Positions 40,326 through 53,700 of a stretch of 64,000 nt of DNA are shown piece after piece. The stretch lies in contig NC_087437.1 in assembly GCF_036321535.1 (NCBI RefSeq), forward strand, positions 57,848,001-57,912,000. Direction: 5' to 3'. This DNA comes from Camelus dromedarius (lineage: Eukaryota). Numbering within the stretch: position 1 is the stretch's first letter; each line of letters starts with the position of its first letter. The position numbers were made by a program, and so were the translations under genes. Under the pieces are notes generated by a model. That model did not search any database and was not told the DNA's origin. It saw only the letters and a list, made by a program, of their open reading frames with translations.

Positions 40326-42173
40326 TGGGGATTAAAGACTGAGTAAACCCGACTGCTTACATTTTCCCTATGCCTGATAATAGATATTTTAGAGCTAAGA
40401 CGGGTCTTAAACATCTTCTTGCACAACCTCCATATCTTACACACGAGATGTACGCCGAGGACAGCCCTTGCCCGCCCCAGTTCACAAGCCAGTCAGCAGC
40501 AGAGCAGGGAGCCTCGGTGACAGATTCTCCGTTTCATCTGCTGCGTCTCTGAGATCCTTTGGAAATACAGAGCATTCCCCAGGCGTTGTATGGTGGGACG
40601 TGCCAGGTGAAGGATTCTCTTTACTGTACAAACAATTCAAAATGTACAGCCTATACACAGGAGCAGATACCGTCTTGCCCCTGTCAGAGTGTCGGCGAAT
40701 TCATCTTCCTGAATGACAGACTGTGACCACAACCCCCGGGGCAGCCTGGCTTTCAGGTGAGTAACTTCAAGTGTCACACGAAATATTTAGAATGGAGTCA
40801 TTTTTTTTCATGCTAGAGGACCCCCAGATTGAGTGTTATCACATCAACACAATTCAATATATATTTCTGAGAATTTACTTTAAAAAATTTTGTTGACTAA
40901 ATAATATGTTTACATTGACAATTAGAAGGTGTTTCTGCCTTATTTTATATACGTGTGTGTGTACATATAAATAAATATGTGTGTGTGTATAAATTTGCCT
41001 ACCATTTTATTCTGTGTAGCAATTAAAAGTTGCAAGCTCAGCTTTTAACAGCTGCTCCTGAAATTATTTGTGGGTCAGACCTATGAGGTTTCCACAGAGG
41101 AAAAGAATGACACTGGAACTAGCATTTTAAAAGCCTCTATCTTGTGAAGCGGAAAGTGCTAATACAGCACAAAGGACTAAGTTCCATTCTCCTCCATGCC
41201 TTAACTCGCTCCCCAGGACAGTAGGCACCTAAGCAGACATATTACAGCTCTTTCCCACCCGAGCCACACCTACGTGACTTTAAACGAATCCAGACATCCT
41301 AGAAATGAGAACTTAACTACATTAAATACTTGGGAGGGTATCCCTGAGACACTGAGAAAAATTAAGGCAGGTAATTTGCCAAGCATTCCAGTAGCAGTTT
41401 CAGAGAGTGTTTGCCTTTCAAATGCTGCTTATTTATTTATTGAATATTTTATTTATTTAACAGAGCTTCTATAGTGCATAAGCCTCAAGAATTAAAATTG
41501 TCTTTGGTCCCAGAGCCTACGATTGAAATCTTCAAAGACTGTGTTTAATGGCTCTGTGTGTGTGTGCGCACAGGTTTTTCAGCTTCATTGGAGATGCAGG
41601 ATCATAGGATGCCAGAGCTGGAGGGCATCCTTTGGATCACAGAATGTCTTTGAAATTTTTTCCAAAGCAATGAAAACCTTCAGATGCAAATTTAAAAGGA
41701 ATCTTAATATACATAAAAATAAAAAGCAATAAATGGGGTCCTTCGGGCTTATCAATCTTCCAGTGTTTGTTGGAAAATACTTAACTGTTGGGAGAAACCC
41801 TGAAGCATCTGGTCTGAGTCTTAAATGCCAAGGGGCACAGTTTGGAAACCAACGATATATTCCAATTTGATAAGGAGCCGAGACCCAGAAAGAGAAGAAA
41901 CTTGCTGATAGGGGAAGAGCTGAGTCTCTCAAGGGGCAGCTTACCTCTAGCCCAGTGATCTATTATAACGTGCTGATTGGCTTTCACACTTTTGTAAGTG
42001 AGCATTAAATGACACAACACCTCAAAACTGCAGTCCCTTCCCAGGGATTTATATCTTATGGAAGAGTGGCATAGGGTCTGTCTCCAATGGCTCTTATCCA
42101 AACTACAATGTTGACTAACATAAAAGGTCAATTACAACTAATAGTAAATGATATAACTTTCTTCTCTCTTCAG

Positions 42174-42206
42174 ACACAGCCCTAGCACTGAAAAAATTAT
42201 AAACAG
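42174..42206 (+). other. Candidate 33-nt exon (host transcript unidentified)
   Basis: Branch-like ACTAAT (~42137), acceptor CTTTCTTCTCTCTTCAG and donor CAG|GTACGT. One open frame, HSPSTEKIIN. Confidence 0.35.
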
Positions 42207-43192
42207 GTACGTTACTTAAACACTTGATCTAATTGGAAAAAATTTTCTATTGATTCTTACACTCATGGCCAATATTACTGTTAAATACTAACAAATTGTG
42301 TGAACATCTAAGAGAAGAAGGCAGGCACTGAACACCTAACGACTCTGGAGGAAACGAGAAGGGAAGGTTGCATTAAAATGTGACCTGTAGCTTCATGGGC
42401 TCTGCAAACCAACTCATATGTCAGCCTGTATCAAAATTACTGCCATTCTATCCTAATAGCAAAGCACCTGCTGAGAAGTACCTAGAAGAAATAATAAATA
42501 ATAATAGCTCTTAGCAACTGAATAGTACATTTTATCCAAGGATTTGAAGGTTCTTTAGAAGCATCCACTACTTAAATTTCACCACATGCCCACAAGGTAG
42601 GTATTAGTTCTGTCCCATAGACGCGCTCGTTTAGTGTGAGTTACAGCCCACGTTCATGGGAGTACTAGGAAAAATCCCACTGAAATGAAATGTTTTCAGA
42701 TTCACTAGGCAATGCAATGATAACGTGGAAGTGCCCCAAGTGATACCCAGGAGGCACTGAAGAATTAAAGCACATCTAAGACCTCTCATTTGATACAGAG
42801 AAACCCGAGATTCAAGGAAAACTGAACCCATCAAGACGCAGAAATCAACCTCTAGTTATAAATGCATTTAAAATAGTAGAAACTAAAAGCTTGCTGGGAA
42901 AAGGGCTTTCACAGGTGTATTTTATATATCATATAAGACAGGTCCCAATAGAGGGAGGTTATCCAGAACCATTAACCCAGAAGATAAGAGAGAAGGAAAG
43001 CTCCTAACAGATTGCAAATACGTCTCCCTTGTTTTATAGGGAGACAAATGAGGCTTGGAGTACAACGGTGGCCTGCCCACCCTCAGACAGTTAGGCCAGT
43101 CTTACACTGACTATGTTCAACACTTGAGCAAGTAAATCAAAATTTTTATTACTAAAAAAGTTCATTTTTCTTGATACAAGTTTGTTCTACAT

Positions 43193-43512
43193 TAGTGGTT
43201 GGCAAAGTCTGGCCAATAGGCCAAATCTGGCCTGCAGCCTATATTTGTACAGTTTTTACATTTTTAAATAGTTGAAAAATAATAAAGAGGGTAGTATTTG
43301 GTGATAAATGAAAATCATATAAGATTCTAATTTCAGCACTTATAAGTAGAGTTTCATTAAAACATAGCTCTGCTCCTTTATTTCTTCATTGTCTACAGCA
43401 GCCTTCCTGCTATAATGATAATGCAGCAGCAACAGAGAACATATCTTGTTCACTTAGCCTCAGGTGTTCACTCTCCAGTCCAGTGTTTTACAGAAAGTCT
43501 GCTGACTCCTTC
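43193..43512. mobile_element. MER58B-like hAT DNA transposon
   Basis: GGTTGGCAAA..GGCCAAATCTGGCCTGC start and TTTACAGAAAGTCTGCTGACTCCT end. Confidence 0.8.
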
Positions 43513-43906
43513 TCTACACGACATATTTCATAGATGTCATATACATATGTGTCTTCAAATAAATTATCTTTTGTTTATAAACTAGAGATAATCAAATTTG
43601 ATTTATATCTTTCTGTAGTTTATTTACATACCCATGAGTTTATCAGACTGTTTCATCGAAAACATCAAGTATTTGAAAATTTTTTCTGACTTCTTAGCAA
43701 CCAACCCCTCTCAAACCATACTTATACGGTTCTTTCCTGTTTAAAACATTTTCACATCCATCATTCCATTAATCTCTCACAAAAACCATATGAGGTGCCC
43801 ATGGAAAGAACTACTATTTTTACCTTATGGAGGGAGTAACTGAGGCTCGGGGCATTCAAGTGACTCTCCTAAGCTCACTGTGCATTAAGCAAAAGATTAG
43901 ATTCCT

Positions 43907-45224
43907 AACTGGACAACTACATGTAAATCAATGAAGTTAGAACACTCCCTCACACAATACACAAAAATAAATTCAAAATTGCTTAAAGACTTAAAGATAA
44001 AATTGCTTAAGGTAATACACTATAAACCTCCTAGAAGAAAACATAGGCAAAACATCTTCTGATATAAATCTTAGCAATGTTATCCTAGGGCAGTCTACCC
44101 AGGCAATCGAAATAAAGGCAAAGATAAACAAATGGGAAGACCTAACTAAACTTAGCTTTTGCACAGCAAAGGACACCATAAACAAAACAGAAAGACAACC
44201 TATGGAATGAGAGAAAATATTTGCAAATGAGGTGACTGACAAGGGCTTAATCTCCAGAATATACAAACAACTCATACAAGTTAATAACAACAAAAAAAAC
44301 AAACAAAAAACCCAAACTAAAAATGGGTAGAAGATCTAAACAAGCAATTGTCCAATGAAGACATACAGATGGCTAATAGGCACATGAAAAAATGCTCAAT
44401 ATTGCTAATTATCAGAGAAATGCAAATCAAAACTACAATGAGATATCACTTCACACCAGTCAGATGGCCATCATTAAAAAGTCCACAAACAATAAATACT
44501 GGAGAGGATGTCTAGAAAAGGGAATTCTCCTACACTGTTGGTGGGAATACAGTTTGGTACAGTCATTATGGAAAACAGTATGGCGATTACTCAAAAAACT
44601 AAAGATACACTTACCATATGATCCAGCAATCCTACTCCTGGGCATATATCCAGAGGGAACTCTAATTCAAAAAGATACATGCACTCCAACATTCATAGAA
44701 GCACTATTTACAATAGCCAAGACATGGAAACAACCTAAATAACCATAATATATATAATGGAATACTACTCAGCCATAAAAAGGGTAAAACAATGCCATTT
44801 GCAGCAACATGGATGGACTCCTCTTTCTAAGTGAAATAAGCCAGAAGGAGAAAGAAAAATACCATACGATATCACTTATATGTGGGCTCTAAAAAAAAAA
44901 GACACAAATAAACATATTTATAAAACAGACTCACAGACATAGAAAACAAACTTATGGTTACCCAGGGGAAAGGGGGTGGGAAGGGATAAATTGGGAGTTC
45001 AAGATTTGCAGATACTAACTACTATATATAAAATAGATAAACAACAAGTTTATACTGTATAGCAGAGGGAACTATATTCAATATCTTGTAGTAACCTATA
45101 ATGAAAAAGAATATGAAAATGAATACATGTATGTACATGTACGACTGAAACATTATGCTGTACACCAGAAACTGACACAACATTGTAAACTGACTATACT
45201 TCAATTTAAAAAAGAGAAAAATGA
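43907..45224 (+). mobile_element. 5'-truncated camelid-type L1 (ORF2 C-terminal remnant plus 3' UTR) with perfect 16-bp TSD
   Basis: ORF 44392-44742 contains [35 protein letters not shown] (L1 ORF2 C-terminus). TSD AAAAGATTAGATTCCT at 43891-43906 and 45225-45240. Confidence 0.97.
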
Positions 45225-46680
45225 AAAAGATTAGATTCCTGCCCTGACCCCAAACCCTGGCACTCCCGAGAAAGCAGCACTCTATCTGAAGGAGCAAACA
45301 CAGTCACTGCTGAGATGGGAAAACTCAAAAACATAGTAAATGTGGTATTATAAAAACACAAGTTCTAATTCTTTCCTATGCATGTTTGTCTCTGAAAGGC
45401 TACTCTGGAAGGATTTTTGTCTGTTTGGATAAAGAGAGAGTTAAGGGATACTTATATATATATATTTTTGTTTGAAATTTATACCATGTGCATATATTAA
45501 TTATTCAAAAATAAGGTTTTTATAACTCCAAACTAATATAAGATAACCAAGTGGCAGCCTGCCCGGACAGTAAGAACTACCTCTTTCCATTTGAGAAAGA
45601 ATTTCACAGGGCCCCAGTTGTCCCCAAAGAAAAGAGAATTCCCATTTAAATGTTAATCTAAGGTTAGTGCAGCACTTGCCATGAAGCCCATTTTAATGGG
45701 CCATTTACTTGTAACTTAAAGAACATGATGGAGGACATCACTGCTCTCTGTCACTGTGCCAGCCCTGGCAGGCAACTGATGAGGGGCTTGAAGGAATATC
45801 CTGACTAATCCATCTGGAGTGCTCCTCTTTTTTCTTTCAGTCTTTTTTACTACTAAATGCTATGACTTACAGTAAGACCAGCTGTCAATTACATCGTCTT
45901 ACTAGTAGCAAACTGCCTTGCAATATATTGACAATCAATGTGGGTTTCTTAAAAAAAAGTTGCACAGAAGACTTTTCTGCACATAGTTGGCAATCATGAT
46001 TTTTTTTTTTAAATTCAGAATTAGAGGGAAATTATTGGGGTGACTCTTTTCCAATCTTCTGAAAATGGTTGGGAATTCTCAAGAATGGATAGATAGGTAG
46101 ACAGACAGACAGACAGGTCGACAGACAGATAGAAGTAATCTCTAGCTAGCTGGAATATATATCATTTATTGATCCTGGAATGCTAGAGAATCATAAAATT
46201 ATGAACATTACAATTGAATGGACTATTACAGATCATCTTGTCCAATCATCTTAATCAGTGAGGAAACTGCTACTTGAGATGAGTTTGCCCAACATGAGTT
46301 TGAAAGTAAAAATTATATATACATTTAATGTGCTTGCAATCTGGCCTCGCCCTCCATTTTTAATCTTACCACCCATCAGCTCTACTTCATGCACATTAGG
46401 CCCACTATCCTTTGGCCCACTTCTAAAACAAATGTGTCATGATTTTCCCTCCTTGTTCTTTCTAAATGATATGAATGTTCTTTCCTCTGACTTTTCATAT
46501 TCACATCCTGTCCACTCTTCAAGATCCTACTCCTCTGAATTCCTAATGCACTTATTGGTGGCCATTTCCAGTGGCACTTACTTTTATTCATCCACACTTC
46601 TGGTTTTCACTATCTTATATGAGTGACAGGATTACAAATAATTTGTATTTTTTATTGTTGCTAGACCAGATTTTAAATTT

Positions 46681-46785
46681 ATTTAGACATTTTTTAATGA
46701 TTTATAATCATTTTACAATGTTGTATCAACTTCCAGTGTAGAGCACAATTTTTCAGTTATACATGAACATATATATATACTCATT
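46681..46785 (-). mobile_element. Short L1 3' terminus with TSD
   Basis: TTTACAATGTTGTATCAACTTCCAGTGTAGAGCACAATTTTTCAGTTATACATGAACATATA. TSD AGATTTTAAATTT (46668-46680) / AGACTTTAAATTT (46786-46798), 12/13. Confidence 0.8.
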
Positions 46786-47869
46786 AGACTTTAAATTTTT
46801 ATATTGCCCAATAGAAGGTTTGGGGGTGCCTTCATTTCGGTGAAATAATAGAAGAGGAAAAAAAAGGGGAGATCCTACACTGTCATAAACAGCATCAATT
46901 AGTTCTCACAAAATAGGTCTTGATTGCTCAGGAGTTTTCTTTTTCGGGGATATCACAGACACTCGGGCTACTTGAGGGCTAACTCAAGTAACCTTAGAGC
47001 TTTCAAGTTTGAAAGAACCTAAGGAAACTGCCAGACCAAACTCCTAGTCTTACACGTAAAATATGGAGGTCCGATGAGGTACAGTGACTTAATCAGAACA
47101 TAAACCTAGGTCTTACGCCCATACATTCCCCACTGATCATACTGCCTCCCCTAATAATCCTTTTTAGTTGGTGACACCTACTGCCAAAACGTAAATATGT
47201 GTTTGGATATTTTATTGCTATTAGTATCCTGTAGATACAGTTTTAGAAGATTCCTCAAGAAACCATAATTTCATTAAATAGCTTATTCAGGACATACCTC
47301 GGAGATCATAGAGTCTTGTATGAATTCCCTAAAATTTGCAGGGCTGGCCTTCAGTGGAGTTGGGGTGAAGCAGAGCCCAATTTACGCAGCCCTCTCTCTC
47401 ACCACCACAGATGAAAATCTTGTCGTATCTTTCCCATTCGGTATTTGTACACTTATCTTTCTGGGTCCCCTCATAACTTTATGTTTAATCCTATTTTATT
47501 TTATTGCAGTTTAATCATCCCAAAATTCCCCCCAAATAAATTTTTACTTAATCACTGATTCAACAAATCTTGTTACCACGTATGTCAGTCACTGTTCTAC
47601 CCTGAGGAAGTACAGTTACCTCTACTACTATTAAAAATAACGTGAACGATAATTTTTGTTAACGGCAAGTGCTTACTGTATTGCAGGTAGTATGAGGCAC
47701 ATCTCACACACACAGCCTCACTGAAAACGTCCACTGGCTCACCCAGGGTCTGGGACTGCAAGCAGGGATCAGGATTTGAGCCCAAGTCTGTCACTGTTCA
47801 AAGCCTGAGCCTTCCAGAGAGTAGTTTTTGTTCTTAAAGGACTTGTGTCTAGTATCATAGAGAGATTTA

Positions 47870-49200
47870 GCACAATTATTAAAGCAATAGGGTGCAAGCT
47901 GTTATTCAGCTAAGGATATGGTGTCAACAGCACAGAGGAAGGAACTCTCCTAACTCCTCAGAGGGTAGACAGCCAAATCATTGAGGAACACAGGGCATCT
48001 GGGCAGAAACTTACAGAATGACTAGAAGTTTGTTAAAGCAGACAGGAGTAAGAGGGCTTTGTGGAAAGAGGAAGCCCTTTGGGAAAGGGTGTGCGTGTGT
48101 GTGTGTGTGTTTGCATTTGTGTTTTAAATAACATGTTTGGGGGACTGAAAAAGTCTGGCATAACTCGAATAAATGAAATGGTTCCTGCTGAAAGGGCAGG
48201 CGGGGCCTTACAGGGCAAGCAGTAGAGTTGGGACCTCGTCCACAGGGAATGGATAATCATTGAAGGCTTTGAAGCAGGGCACCAGGGCCAAATTTTAGAT
48301 TAAGAAAGATCACAGTGGTGTGGAGCATATAGATTCAATAAAACCAGAGAGAGAGAAAGAAAGTGAAGTTAGGAAGACATTATACCTGCTCAACTGAGCG
48401 CAAATGTGAACCTGAGCTAAGACAGTGGTGGTGAAAATAAAAAGCATATCACAGGAGTGTTTAGGAGTCTGGGCCTTATGTCCAGTTGGATATGTAGGGC
48501 TAAAGAGAAAAAAGAATTTAAGGTGATGCTCAGGTTTCCAGCTTAGATAACACGAAACCAGGAAACAGGGCAGATAAAAACAGAGCTGGAGAGGAAAGAT
48601 CATGAGCCGGATTTTAGAAATGCTGACTTTGGTGTATGTGAGGAATGTTCAGATACAGAGGTCAAGGTGGCAGCCCACACTAGAATGGAGTGTCAGGTTT
48701 GGGGGAGAGACGCCAAACAGGGACTCACCAGGGCATGAGTGATAATTAGAGCCAATTGTTTGTTCAACAAATGTTTATTGAATGCCTATTTTTGTGCCAG
48801 GAAGTATTTTCAATGCCAGGGATATGGCAGTTAACGATACAGGTTGGGGAAAAAAAAAAACCAAACAGTCCAGCCCTCTTGGGGCCAACATTCTAGTGGA
48901 AGTTATGTTTTAGAGCACACAAATAAATCCACAATGACAAATTGTGTTGAGTGCCATATAGGAAAGTATAGAATGCTATAAGAAAGAATAACAGGGAACA
49001 TTGAATCCATACTGGGGGTGGGGGATGCTCAAGGAAGTAGTCGAGATATGAGGCATTTAAAATGAGACCTAAAGTCTGACAAAGGGTTAGGTAAGTGAAA
49101 AAAAACTCCAAGTGGGAACAGTATATGTGAATATGTGAGGCCAGAGTTAGCTGTATTCAAAATACTGAAAGAAGGCTAATGTGGTTAGAACATTATGCGT
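47870..49200 (-). mobile_element. L2 fragments (at least two pieces)
   Basis: AAGGTGATGCTCAGGTTTCCAGCTT (~48520) and an L2 3' end TTCAACAAATGTTTATTGAATGCCTA..TGTGCCAGG (~48760). Confidence 0.75.
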
Positions 49201-49531
49201 GAGCCCAGGATAGAAAAGCAGGAAGAGGTGAGTTCAAGCCGACTGTTCATCCAGGGAAGGTCCATAGATTGAGATGGAATCAATCCATCATTTGGTCAAA
49301 GCATGGGATACAGAAAATCAACATTTAATTGGGGGAGGGAGAGGTTAGAACAACTTACAAAAGTAACAGATTTTTATAATTTCCGACACAGTATGATATC
49401 TAATAATGAGCCCCTCCCTCTCAATTAATATAAAGGAGTCATTATTCATAATTAATTTCTCCACCAGAAGTATTCTCTTCTACCAGGTTAGAGGAGGGCC
49501 CCATGAGGGACTTTGGTTAAGCTAAGGATCT

Positions 49532-49940
49532 CACAGAATGCATAAACAAAATTTGGTATATCCATACAATGGAGTACTATTCAGACATAAAAAGAAATGA
49601 AATACCAGTATGTATTGCAACACAGATGAACTTGGAGACATTATAAGTGAAATAAGCCAGGCACAAAAGGCCACATATTGTATGATTCCATCAGTATGAA
49701 ATGTCTGTAATAAAAAAATTCTTAGAGATAAAATGTAAACTAATGGTTGCCAGAGGAAATAGAGTGACTCCTTAATGGGTGTGGGGTTTTCTTCTGCCAT
49801 GATGAAAATGTTCCAGAATTTGACAGTGATGATGGATGTACTACTCTATGAGGATGCTAAAAATCACTGAATTGTACACTTCGTAAGGGCGAACTTTTTG
49901 TTATGCAAATTACATATCAATAAAGCTGTTATTTAAAAAA
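49532..49940 (+). mobile_element. L1MB-like LINE-1 3' end
   Basis: TGGTATATCCATACAATGGA..AAGCCAGGCACAAAAGGCCACATATTGTATGATTCCA..GATGAAAATGTTC..CACTGAATTGTACACTT..TCAATAAAGCTGTT. Confidence 0.88.
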
Positions 49941-50038
49941 TCATACTTCCTGAATTCTATTAGTCTCAAAAGATGATAGACAGACATAAAGATAGATGGA
50001 TCTAGATAGCTTGCTTATATAGAATTTTACTATACTTA

Positions 50039-50110
50039 TTTTTTTTTAACTGACATATAGTCAGTTACAATGTGTCAATTTCTGGTGTACAGCATAATGT
50101 CCCAGTCATG

Positions 50111-50155
<45 letters not shown>

Positions 50156-50443
50156 GTGTGTATTTTCATATTCTTTTTCATTAAAGGTTATTATGAGATA
50201 TTGAATATAGTTCCCTGTGCTATACAGAAGAAATTTGTTTTTTATCTGTTTTTATAATAGTGGTTAACATTTCCAAATCTCAAACACCCAAATTTATTCC
50301 TTCCCACCTTCTTTCTCTTAATAACCATAAGATTGTTTACAATGTTCATAGGTCTGTTTCAGTTTTGTAGATGAGTTAATTAGTGTCCTCTTTTTTTTCT
50401 TTTTTTCAGATTCCACATATGAATGATATCATATGGTATTTTT
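50039..50443 (-). mobile_element. Camelid-type L1 3' UTR with internal (TC)14(TA)7
   Basis: AGTCAGTTACAATGTGTCAATTTCTGGTGTACAGCATAATGTCCCAGTCATG..GATATTGAATATAGTTCCCTGTGCTATACAG is the reverse complement of the 3' UTR seen at 45000-45215. Confidence 0.9.
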
Positions 50444-53139
50444 ACTAAAATTAATTTTTTAAAGCTGATATTTTCTTTGATGAACTGTGGCTGAATAAGT
50501 TATGTCTATATTTCATAATGACTTCAGAAGTTCAATTCCATAAGATTAACTTTTTTACCTGGAAAGATGCTGAAAAAGCTTTCAGTAATCCATCACATAA
50601 ATAAAGTGAAAAAGATAGAGTCCATGTGTCTTATAAAGCACTGCCACTCACTCTCCTGTAAAGGTATTATCAAGGAGTCCCATCCCTTGTGCTGAATGAT
50701 AAGGATGATGGATTAAAAATGAGACAGAGCTATAAAGCACTGTGGATTTAATGAGGCTTTGGATTCTTTCCCACATGACATATTTATCAATGAACCAGAA
50801 GGTGTGTTTCACACACAATTTATTCTTCTAGTACTAACCTACTAGTTTATGTCAGTCAAGAAAAATGGAGAGGGATTTAAATTCATCCAATATTTTGAAA
50901 ACAGTCAAGGTGAGATTTCAAATTTTAACATCTTTCCAGTTTAAGAAATGCAGTGACTTAACCAAGATGTTGAATCCCTCTAATGTCAAATACTCAGGAA
51001 TTATTAAGAAACAAGCAGTCTTATCAATTTTTCAGTTTTCCCTTGATAGTTAATCATTAAAGAATGGTTGCCTGGAATGTATATCAACATAGGGAGCATG
51101 GCTGGACACAGACATTTACAGAAAAACAGACACATGAATATATATGATAGAGACTGCATCCAACTAGCAAATTCCTTAGAAAATAAGCTGTAAATAACTA
51201 AATAGATGGATGAGTAAATAGATAAGCAAGTTAGCAAACTAAGCAGAGGAGCTGCTCAGGAAGAAGCAACTCGAAAATATTTACGAACGAAACCAGCAGT
51301 TTACAGAGCTCAAGGTATTTCCACACCTATCAGCAAATTTGGGCTTCACATCTGCTTTGTGAATAAGCAGCACAGAAAGAGCCCCTAAGGCTTCGCAGGG
51401 TAAGGCCGTTCACTTTGCGCAGACTCACATTTCTAGAAAGCGGCATATCCAGTTGTGGCCAACTCACGTCTTCCGATACCCAGTCCAGTGTATTTCCAGT
51501 ATGACCCGGTATTCTACCACTGTGTTTAGTACTGTTTTTATTATCACAGGATGAAAAGCTATACACAAGTATCAGATAGAAAGTGAATAATGCTTTATGG
51601 GATAATGGAACTGATCTATGGTATAAAAACTGCCTAGTGGCCTAGAAAACAATGCATCTTGAAAAATATTTCACTTTGTTGATTTTATCACTGCTTTTAT
51701 TCATTTTATAAAGAAAATCAAGGCACTAGGACATCACTATATACATGAGATGAGTGTCTCCTCCCACTATATGGTCAAATCTCAACTATCCATTCTTACA
51801 GGGACAAATAATATTTAGAATTTAAAAAATCCCTTGTAATTTAAAATTCTCACATCAATGGATGTTTCCATTTTGGCCAGAAACAAGTTATTTTTAAAAA
51901 TCTACCAAGTTGCCGGGTTTTGTTGGTTTTTCTTTTTCTTGCTTTCCAACTAGAGAAGCCTCTCCTAAATAAATGGTAATTGCTTGGATTTAAGTCATTT
52001 ACTAGTAATTCTGCTTCCTATTCCAAAATTTAGGGGGAATATGAAAAATGAGAAATGGCATCAGAAGGGAGCACTAGAAAGGGAAAAAAAAAACTGGGGG
52101 AAAAATAATGCTTTCAGAAAGTAGAATAATTTACCCGTGAGATAAGGCTTTCAACTGAGCAACAATCCAATATGAACTAAATTTACAGGATAGAGTCAGG
52201 AGGCAGTTAGGGATTTCCTCAAATGTGGGCTTGATTAATCTCTCAAATGGATCCTCAAGCAGATCAATGAACTCGCTCTTGGAGTTATTTCAAGTTATTA
52301 TCTTTGGGGGCTAGAGCAGATGTTGAGTCTGGGAGAAGGTGAATTAAAGTCTTGAGAGGTCACCACATCGTACTGAAAATCAGCACAACCAGGGTGTCCA
52401 GGTTAGAGGTGCTGAGTCGCTCTCCCCGGTTGTAGTTATCTTAACCCACAGATCAATACACCTGTAAGTGGCCACCATCTGCCTTAACCGACAATTCCCA
52501 GGCAGTGGAAATTCATTACCATGACCCAGCAAGTGTTCTCATTTACTCCCCATCCATCAGCAGAGGATGAAGAGCAAAGACCAGACCTCGGCCACTCTGC
52601 ACGAACAGTAACAACTGTAATAAACAGGATGACTCAGAGGAGAACGTGTACTCGAAGGGCAGGGAGTGCAGGAGATCTCAGACCGGCTCACTTCCCTGTA
52701 AGAGTTCTGCTGCTTAAGTAAGAACAGATTGAATTCTTAATTCATAGGTTACCTTAACAACCCAGTTTTCTCCTTCTTACTTTAATTTTGGGTTGTAATA
52801 AATATCCTGAGCTTTATGTGTTGTTAGACTAAATTCTCACTTTAATATTTACACTTATCAATTCCTTTCATATAAGATGATAGCCTTTTATTTAAATGCA
52901 GCTTAAGGTTATTTGTGATATATCCCACTCCTTGTGTTTTTCTTACTAGCAGTTTGTTAGGAGGGGCATTGTTAGTCTTGAAAGGAGATGCTTTATCTTT
53001 GATAAGGTAGCAACATGTACACCTGCCCCCTCCCTCTCTTGCATATCTCACGTAGGAAACCATTTTTTCCTTCTTTTACAGACGAGAAGGAAAAGGAACC
53101 AGAGAGTCATGTAGAAGGCAACAAAGAGAGACAAGCATC

Positions 53140-53700
53140 TTCTTTAAGTAAAATCTGACCTAAGCCACGTGTCCCCCGAATTACACATACCCAAAACTCT
53201 TCTTTGCCTGCAGAATAAAGTTCATTCTTTAATGGCCTTTCCAAAGCTTTCCAGAAACTCACCCCTACCTGTCTTTTCATCCTGAGTTTCAACCAGAGAT
53301 GCCAAATTTTCACTCCAGAGATGCCAATCAACTTACCTCCATCTGAACGTGGCACATTGCGCCAGGTCTTCACGCCTGTACACCTGCTGTTCCTGCTCCT
53401 GGAGCTGCCATCCCTTATAGTTCCCACTTCTGATGAACTCCTGCCACCTCTGAAAGAGTTCCCATCTGCAGTGCTTCCGTGAGCCGTCTAAACAACTGCC
53501 CGCTCCCTGGTGCATGTGCCAACCCTCTGTTACTTATTCCATTATTGCATTTATTATACTTCATTGTAATAATTTGTTTTAAGTTTTCTCATCACTGTGT
53601 AAGTTTCATCCAAGCAAGACCCAGATATTCAACTTTGTATCATTAGCATTTAGCACAGTCCCCAGTACACAGAAACCGTTCCATAAAAGGTCCTTAATGA
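53140..53700 (+). mobile_element. L2 remnant
   Basis: CAGAATAAAGTTCATTC..GGCCTTTCCAA and a 3' end TTTGTATCATTAGCATTTAGCACAGTCCCCAGTACACAG. Confidence 0.65.

Noticed and set aside
44392..44742. 116-aa ORF as a gene
   Set aside because: It is a frameshifted C-terminal fragment of L1 ORF2 within a 5'-truncated element.
53060..53150. Splice acceptor TTCTTTTACAG with an open downstream frame
   Set aside because: It matches the MIR core TTTTACAGATGAG and the donor is weak.
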